From sequence record SRR22947725_131: a stretch of 32,328 nucleotides of DNA; one strand, given 5' to 3'. Numbering within the stretch: position 1 is the first letter of the stretch; the number at the start of each line of letters is the position of its first letter. Shown here piece after piece: positions 26,441-32,328 of the stretch. The notes beneath the pieces were generated by a model that was given only the letters and a program-made list of their open reading frames with translations, did not search any database and was not told the origin of the DNA. The translations under genes were made by a program, and so were the position numbers.

Positions 26441-29400
26441 ATGAAAACAAAATTATTATCATTAATCATCTTATTTGGATCCCTTTTTATGGTAGCGCAA
26501 GACTCTACCCTAGTAGGGTCCGTATCGGATTCATCAACTGATGGTCCTTTGCCTGGTGTAAGTGTAATTATTAAAGGTACGCAGACTGGTACTACTTCAG
26601 ACTTTGACGGAAATTTTAGTTTGACTGGTGTATCTTCTGGTGATGTCATTCAATTCTCTTATCTAGGCTATGTAACTCAAGAAGTACAAGTTGCAAATTC
26701 GTTTAACATCAGCGTTTCTCTTGATGAGGATGTTGAAGCTTTAGACGAAGTTATACTTGTTGGGTACAGCACGCAAAAAGCATCTAATATTTCTGGAGCT
26801 GTTACTACAGTTTCTGGTGAGGATGTTGAAAGATTAAAACCTACTAGAGTTGAAGAAGCTCTTCAAGGTCAATCAGGTTTAAATGTTATATCTTCTCCGA
26901 ATCCAGGAGGAAAGCCTTCTATATTAATACGTGGTATAACTTCATTTTCCGGTACTGATCCGCTTGTTGTTATCGATGGAATTAATTCTTCACTCTACGA
27001 TGTGGATGCGCTTAGTTCTTCTGACATAGAATCTATTTCTGTGCTTAAAGACGCTTCTACAACAGCTCTTTATGGTGTTAGAGGTGGTAATGGAGTTATA
27101 GTAATTACTACTAAGTCTGGTAAAAAGAATCAAGAAACTCAATTCACTTTAGATACTTCATACGGAGTTCAAGAGGTTGAAAATTTCATTGACGTCTTAA
27201 ATGCTGCTCAGTATGCTGCTATATTAAATGAAGGAAGTGTAACGTCTGGAGGTTCTTTATTATTTACAAATCCTTCTGCATTTGGTGTTGGTACAAATTG
27301 GCAAGCTGAGTTATATGATTCTGCTCCAATTTCAAACACTACTTTATCTGCTTCAGGAGGTTCTGACACTACAACTTATTTTCTTTCTGCTAGTTATTTA
27401 GCTCAAGAAGGTGTAGCTGCTGGTGGTGATAAAGATTTTTACGACAGATCTACATTAACTGCAAATTTTGTTACTGATTTAACTGATGATTTAAAAGTTT
27501 TATTTAATACTAAATACTCTAATTTACAAGGTAACGGTAACGGAGGTAATCAAGTATTTAATGCTTTAAACTTTGATCCCTCAGTTTCTCCAATGGAAGA
27601 TGGTGTTTACGGAATGAGTAATACAATTACTCAAGAAGTAATAAATCCTCTTGCTGGAGTTGCAAATTCTTATGGTGATAATAAAACTGATAAAATTATA
27701 GGAAAAGTTGAATTACAATATGATTTATTAGATAATCTTAAAATTACATCAAGATTAGGTTATTCAGGTATTTGGCAACAATCCAAAGGATTTACGCCAT
27801 TACAATATTATGGAGTTGGTCACAACAGAACTAATGCTAACGCTGATTTAACACCAAGAACAGAAGATGACCACAACAGAGTTTCGGAAACAAAACAAAA
27901 CTGGTTCAACTACACATACGAACTTTTTGGTAATTATGACTTCTCAATTGACAATGCACATAACTTTAATGTTTTTGCAGGATTTACTATTGGAAAAAGT
28001 ACTTCAAACGGTTTAAGTGGTAGTAACGTAGATGTTCCATTTAATTCTTGGACTTATGCTGACCTAAGTTCTGCTTCTGGTGGAATTGAAGATCAAACTA
28101 CAGGATCTTGGCAAGGAGTGAGTAGAAGTGTTTCTTTAATGGGTAGAGTTGAATATGATTTTAACGAAAAATATTTAGCTTCTGTTACTGTAAGAAGAGA
28201 TGGATCTACAAGCTTTGGTAAAAACAACAAATTTGCAATTTTCCCATCTGCTTCACTTGGTTGGGTAGCTTCAAACGAAGACTTTTTTAATTCTTCTGTT
28301 GTTGACTTCTTAAAAGTTAGAGCAAGTTACGGATCTGTTGGTAATGATAATGCTAGCCCTCAGTTCGGAACTATTTCTACTTTTCCAAAATATACTTTTG
28401 ATGGAAATATTATTAATGGATCTACATTACTAGGAATTCCTAATAATGATGTATCATGGGAAAATCAAATTCAAACAAATGTTGGAGTTGACTTAAGAAT
28501 GTTTGATTCTAAATTAAGTTTTACAGCAGATTACTTTATAAAAACTGTTGATGATCTTCTTTTTAGCCCAACACTTTCCTTATACTTAGGTATACCTGCT
28601 TATCCAGTTGCTAATATTGGTAAAACAGAAACTAAAGGTTACGAAATTAGCTTATCATATGGTGATGAAATCGCCAAAAACGTAAGTTTTAATACTACAT
28701 TTAATTTTACAACTGCAGAAAACTTAGTTGAAGAAATTAATAATGGAGACAAATACATTTGGGGTTCTGGATATGGAATACCATATAAGAACTTAACTCA
28801 ATTTAGACAAGGTGAGTCTCCAGGTATTTTCTGGGGATACAAAACTGATGGAATTTTCCAAACTCAAGCAGAAGTTGATGCTCACGCTACTCAATCAAAT
28901 GCTCAGCCTGGTGATATTAGATTCGTTGATGTTGATGGAAATGGAAAGATAGATGGTGAAGACAGAACTAAAATTGGAGATCCATTCCCTGACTTTACTT
29001 TAGGTTGGAACTTCAATTTAAATGTGTCTAATTTTGATCTTTCTGTATTTACTTACGCATCTGTAGGAAATGATATCTACAGAGGTTATGAAAGAGGACT
29101 TAACTACACTAACAAATCTGCGTCTGTATTAAACAGATGGACAGGTCCAGGAACAAGTAACACTGAACCAAGATATAGTTTTGTTGACGGAAATGACAAT
29201 AGTAGACAATCTGATAGATATGTTGAAGATGGTAGTTATTTAAAAATTAAAAATATTCAGTTGGGTTACAATTTCCCACAAGGAGCTGATTCTCCATTTA
29301 CTGATGTTAGAGTGTATGCAAGTGCAAAAAATGCTTTTACATTCACTGATTACACTGGATATGACCCAGAAATTTCTAACGGTGGAAATACTGTATTAGA

Positions 29401-29470
29401 TACTGGAGTTGATAGAGGAACTTATCCTTCTCCTAGAATAATAACATTAGGATTTAAACTTAAATTTTAA
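26441..29470 (+). CDS. susC: SusC/RagA-family TonB-dependent transporter
   Basis: Signal peptide; carboxypeptidase-regulatory-like N-domain (GTTSDFDGNF); plug (PLVVIDG...DIESISVLKDAS.TALYG.RG.NGVIVITTK); RRDGS..FG.NNK; terminal GTYP.PR...LGFKLKF. Confidence 0.97.
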   Translation: MKTKLLSLIILFGSLFMVAQDSTLVGSVSDSSTDGPLPGVSVIIKGTQTGTTSDFDGNFSLTGVSSGDVIQFSYLGYVTQEVQVANSFNISVSLDEDVEALDEVILVGYSTQKASNISGAVTTVSGEDVERLKPTRVEEALQGQSGLNVISSPNPGGKPSILIRGITSFSGTDPLVVIDGINSSLYDVDALSSSDIESISVLKDASTTALYGVRGGNGVIVITTKSGKKNQETQFTLDTSYGVQEVENFIDVLNAAQYAAILNEGSVTSGGSLLFTNPSAFGVGTNWQAELYDSAPISNTTLSASGGSDTTTYFLSASYLAQEGVAAGGDKDFYDRSTLTANFVTDLTDDLKVLFNTKYSNLQGNGNGGNQVFNALNFDPSVSPMEDGVYGMSNTITQEVINPLAGVANSYGDNKTDKIIGKVELQYDLLDNLKITSRLGYSGIWQQSKGFTPLQYYGVGHNRTNANADLTPRTEDDHNRVSETKQNWFNYTYELFGNYDFSIDNAHNFNVFAGFTIGKSTSNGLSGSNVDVPFNSWTYADLSSASGGIEDQTTGSWQGVSRSVSLMGRVEYDFNEKYLASVTVRRDGSTSFGKNNKFAIFPSASLGWVASNEDFFNSSVVDFLKVRASYGSVGNDNASPQFGTISTFPKYTFDGNIINGSTLLGIPNNDVSWENQIQTNVGVDLRMFDSKLSFTADYFIKTVDDLLFSPTLSLYLGIPAYPVANIGKTETKGYEISLSYGDEIAKNVSFNTTFNFTTAENLVEEINNGDKYIWGSGYGIPYKNLTQFRQGESPGIFWGYKTDGIFQTQAEVDAHATQSNAQPGDIRFVDVDGNGKIDGEDRTKIGDPFPDFTLGWNFNLNVSNFDLSVFTYASVGNDIYRGYERGLNYTNKSASVLNRWTGPGTSNTEPRYSFVDGNDNSRQSDRYVEDGSYLKIKNIQLGYNFPQGADSPFTDVRVYASAKNAFTFTDYTGYDPEISNGGNTVLDTGVDRGTYPSPRIITLGFKLKF

Positions 29471-29481
29471 AAATATTTCAA

Positions 29482-30948
29482 ATGAAAAATAAATTATACA
29501 AAATTATTTTATTAGTCTTTATCTCTGTGGGCTTTGTAGCTTGTGAAGATTATGTTGACTATGAAGCATCAGAAGGATATACTATCGTTGCTGGTGACTA
29601 TTTTACAAAAGCAGCTGATTACGAAGCAGCATTAGTTGGAACATATGATGTTCTACAATGGAACATATACTCTGTAATGATTGGAGATATGGCATCTGGA
29701 AATTCTTATTGTGGCGGAGAAAGTGCAACTGATGTTATCGGATTGCAAAAAATCGACGACATGATTCATAATCCTGTTAATGATCAATTAGAGTCTACAT
29801 GGAAATGGATGTATGAAGGAATAAATAGAGCGAATTACCTAGTTGAAAACAAAGACAAAGTTGAGTTTTCTAGAAAAGCTGAATTATATGGTGAAGTTCA
29901 CTTTTTAAGAGCATACTATTATTTTGAATTAGTTAAAATATTTGGAGGTGTTCCATTATTCACTGAGTCAAGATTAACCGCTGGTGATTCTGCAACTTTA
30001 TCAAGAGCGTCTTCATCTGAAGTTTATGCTCAAATTGAAGCTGATCTTCAAGCTGCAATCGCTGCATTACCAGCCGCTAAAAGTTTAGATGGTAGAGCTA
30101 CAGCATTTACAGCTCACGCACTACTTGGGAAAGTTTATCTACACCAAGACAAATTTGACGAAGCTGCTAGTATTTTAGAGCCTTTAGTTGGTCTTTACTC
30201 TTTAGCTCCAGATCTTCAAAATGTATTTTTAAGATCAGGAGAAAATGGTTCTGAGTCAGTATTTGAGGTTCAGTACTCAAAAAATTCAAACTGGTGGGAT
30301 TGGGGATTCCCTCAAGGTTCTGAAGGTAACTTTGGAATTATTCACCACGGAATTAGAGGATATAATGGTTCAGTTTATTCTCAAGGATGGAGTTTTAATG
30401 TTCCAACACAAGAGTTATATGACTCATATGCTGCTGGAGATTCTAGAAGAGATGTAGCAATTTTAGATATTCAAGCTTGGTCTGATGCGACCGGTGCGGA
30501 ATATGCTGAGGGTTATGAACACACAGGATATTTTAATCACAAATATATCCCAAGAGCAGGATCTACTGCAGCTCAAGGAGAGTTAAACTATGAAATGAAC
30601 TATAGAGCTATAAGATATTCAGACGTTTTATTAATGGCTGCCGAAGCTAATAATAGAAAAGCTAGTGCTGATGATGCTAAAGCTCAAAATTATTTAAATC
30701 AAGTTAGAGCTAGAGCATTTGGAAATAGTTCTCAAGCTTCTTCCTCAACTGGGGCAACTTTAACTCAAGAAATCTGGGATGAAAGAAATTTTGAACTTGC
30801 AATGGAAGGACATAGATTTTTTGATTTAGTTAGAACAGGTGAAGCTTCTTCTAAAATTTCAGGATTTATCTCTGGAAAACATGAAGTTTTCCCAATTCCA
30901 CAAACGGAAATTGATATTTCAGGATTAACTCAAAATGCTGGATACTAA
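29482..30948 (+). CDS. susD: SusD/RagB-family glycan-binding lipoprotein
   Basis: Lipobox FVAC; GEVHFLRAYYYFELV..FGGVPL, IRYSDVLLMAAEA and ER.FELAMEGHRFFDLVR. Confidence 0.97.
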   Translation: MKNKLYKIILLVFISVGFVACEDYVDYEASEGYTIVAGDYFTKAADYEAALVGTYDVLQWNIYSVMIGDMASGNSYCGGESATDVIGLQKIDDMIHNPVNDQLESTWKWMYEGINRANYLVENKDKVEFSRKAELYGEVHFLRAYYYFELVKIFGGVPLFTESRLTAGDSATLSRASSSEVYAQIEADLQAAIAALPAAKSLDGRATAFTAHALLGKVYLHQDKFDEAASILEPLVGLYSLAPDLQNVFLRSGENGSESVFEVQYSKNSNWWDWGFPQGSEGNFGIIHHGIRGYNGSVYSQGWSFNVPTQELYDSYAAGDSRRDVAILDIQAWSDATGAEYAEGYEHTGYFNHKYIPRAGSTAAQGELNYEMNYRAIRYSDVLLMAAEANNRKASADDAKAQNYLNQVRARAFGNSSQASSSTGATLTQEIWDERNFELAMEGHRFFDLVRTGEASSKISGFISGKHEVFPIPQTEIDISGLTQNAGY

Positions 30949-30967
30949 CATATAACATTATATAAAT

Positions 30968-32328
30968 ATGAAAACAATAAATAAATTTTTTACTTTACTT
31001 TTCGTTTTTACGGCATTTGTAAGCTGTAAGGAAGACTTTTTAGAGGAAACTGACTTTGGTATAGTAGCTCCTTCAAACGTAAATGCGACTTTTAATATTA
31101 CACAAGACAATACAGGACTTGTGACTATAACTCCAACTGCTGTTGGTGCTATAAAATTTGACGTTGATTTTGGTGACGGAAGTGAAATTGCAACCGGTAT
31201 AGCTGCAGGAAAACACGTTAAGCACACCTTTACAGAAGCTACTCACTCTATTGGAATAACTGCAATAGGTTTAGGTAACTTAAAAACTGCTGCATCAGTT
31301 GAACTAATGGTATCATTTAAAGCTCCTCAGAATTTAGTAGTAGCAATGACTAATAGCACTACTGTTTCAAGACAAGTAGATGTTGTTGCAACTGCTGATT
31401 ATGCTACAACGTTTGATGTTAGTCCTGGTGTTGACGGTGCTGAAGATGTTAGCGCAAATATTGGTGAAACTGCTTCTTATAAATACGATGCTGCTGGAAC
31501 ATACACAATTACTGTAACTGCTAAAGGTGGTGCTATAGAAACGACTAGCTTTTCACAAGATTTTGAAGTAACTGCGTTAATGCAACCTGTTGCATCGGCC
31601 CCTACGCCAAAAGACCGACCTTCTTCGTCTGTTATTTCTGTTTACAGTTCTTCTTATGCTGCACAAGCTGTTACAAATTTTAACGGTTTCCCAGACTGGG
31701 GACAAGGTGGACAAGGAAGCAGCTGGGCTGAATTTGATTTAAATGGTGACAAAATGTTACAATATGTAAATTTAAGTTACCAAGGAAATCAATTTGATGC
31801 TGTTGATGTTTCAGCAATGGAATATCTTCACTTGGATGTTTGGACTGCAGATGTAGAAAAGTTAAAATTATTTTTAATACAAACTGCTATTCCTCAAGAA
31901 ACTCCAATTGAAGTAGATCTTGTTGCGGACGAGTGGACTAGTATTGACATTCCATTATCATCATACACTGATTTGGGACAAGCCATTACCGCTATAGATC
32001 AATTTAAATATGAAGGTACGCCTTGGGCTGCCGGCTCAGTATTTATAGATAACGTATACTTTTACAAAGCTTCTGAGGTTAAACTTCCAATTAGATTTAA
32101 TCAAGAAGAAAAATTTGCTGGAGTTGGTGGTGCATCTGTAGAGCTTTCAACAGATCCTGATAATTCTTCCAACATTACTGCTAAAGTAACTAATGGTGGA
32201 AACGATTGGGAAACTGCAGAAATTATGTTAGATGTCCCTATTAGTATAACATCAGGTGGAGACAACAAATATTCTGTAAAAATATACTCTCCAGATGATG
32301 CTGCACATGCATTAATGATGAAATTAGA
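30968..32328 (+). CDS. Surface glycan-binding lipoprotein with PKD/Ig-like and CBM-like domains (3' truncated; at least 453 aa)
   Basis: Manually translated from ATG 30968 with no stop to the window end: MKTINKFLLLLFVFTAFVSC-KEDFLEE; PKD-like DFGDGS and Y..AGTYTITVTA; CBM-like SAPTP..R..SVISVYS...PDWGQ...YLHLDVW...WTSIDIPL...FIDNVYFYK. Confidence 0.88.
   Translation, partial: MKTINKFFTLLFVFTAFVSCKEDFLEETDFGIVAPSNVNATFNITQDNTGLVTITPTAVGAIKFDVDFGDGSEIATGIAAGKHVKHTFTEATHSIGITAIGLGNLKTAASVELMVSFKAPQNLVVAMTNSTTVSRQVDVVATADYATTFDVSPGVDGAEDVSANIGETASYKYDAAGTYTITVTAKGGAIETTSFSQDFEVTALMQPVASAPTPKDRPSSSVISVYSSSYAAQAVTNFNGFPDWGQGGQGSSWAEFDLNGDKMLQYVNLSYQGNQFDAVDVSAMEYLHLDVWTADVEKLKLFLIQTAIPQETPIEVDLVADEWTSIDIPLSSYTDLGQAITAIDQFKYEGTPWAAGSVFIDNVYFYKASEVKLPIRFNQEEKFAGVGGASVELSTDPDNSSNITAKVTNGGNDWETAEIMLDVPISITSGGDNKYSVKIYSPDDAAHALMMKL

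Noticed and set aside
23696..31227. Minus-strand ORFs 23696-23956, 26425-26649 and 30958-31227, and plus-strand ORF 30245-30457
   Set aside because: Shadows of the regulator, susC, susD and the truncated lipoprotein gene.
1..32328. CRISPR arrays, IS elements, prophage, defence systems, rRNA, recoded stop codons
   Set aside because: No repeat-spacer periodicity and no transposase or phage genes seen; nearly all sequence is explained by intact standard-code genes.

Overview
AT-rich, very gene-dense chromosomal segment of a Bacteroidota bacterium, most likely a streamlined marine Flavobacteriales (TAnnTTTG promoters, no Shine-Dalgarno sites, SusC/SusD). From left to right: the 3' end of a tRNA (probably Gln); the rimP-nusA-infB operon with a leader hairpin; a convergent SPOR-domain gene; a complete Alternative Complex III operon (actABCDEF) followed by aa3-type oxidase subunits II and I; a tightly packed run of ruvB, mscS, a secreted histidine phosphatase, adenosine deaminase and crtA-crtD-cruF (myxol-type carotenoid tailoring); an orphan Tat-lipoprotein Rieske protein; and the start of a probable beta-glucan/laminarin PUL (beta-propeller/Y_Y_Y/LuxR one-component regulator, susC, susD, and a truncated PKD/CBM surface lipoprotein missed by the ORF track). 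I saw no mobile element, CRISPR array or defence system. Most of the content belongs to known systems, and I cannot claim a wholly new system. The best leads are cis-regulatory: a recurring (AAC)CTATACA operator around the PUL regulator and susC, a Fur-like box at the ACIII promoter, leaderless promoters and the rimP attenuator/uORF. The atypical orphan Rieske lipoprotein is also worth follow-up. All calls come from motif recognition by eye; no searches were run.
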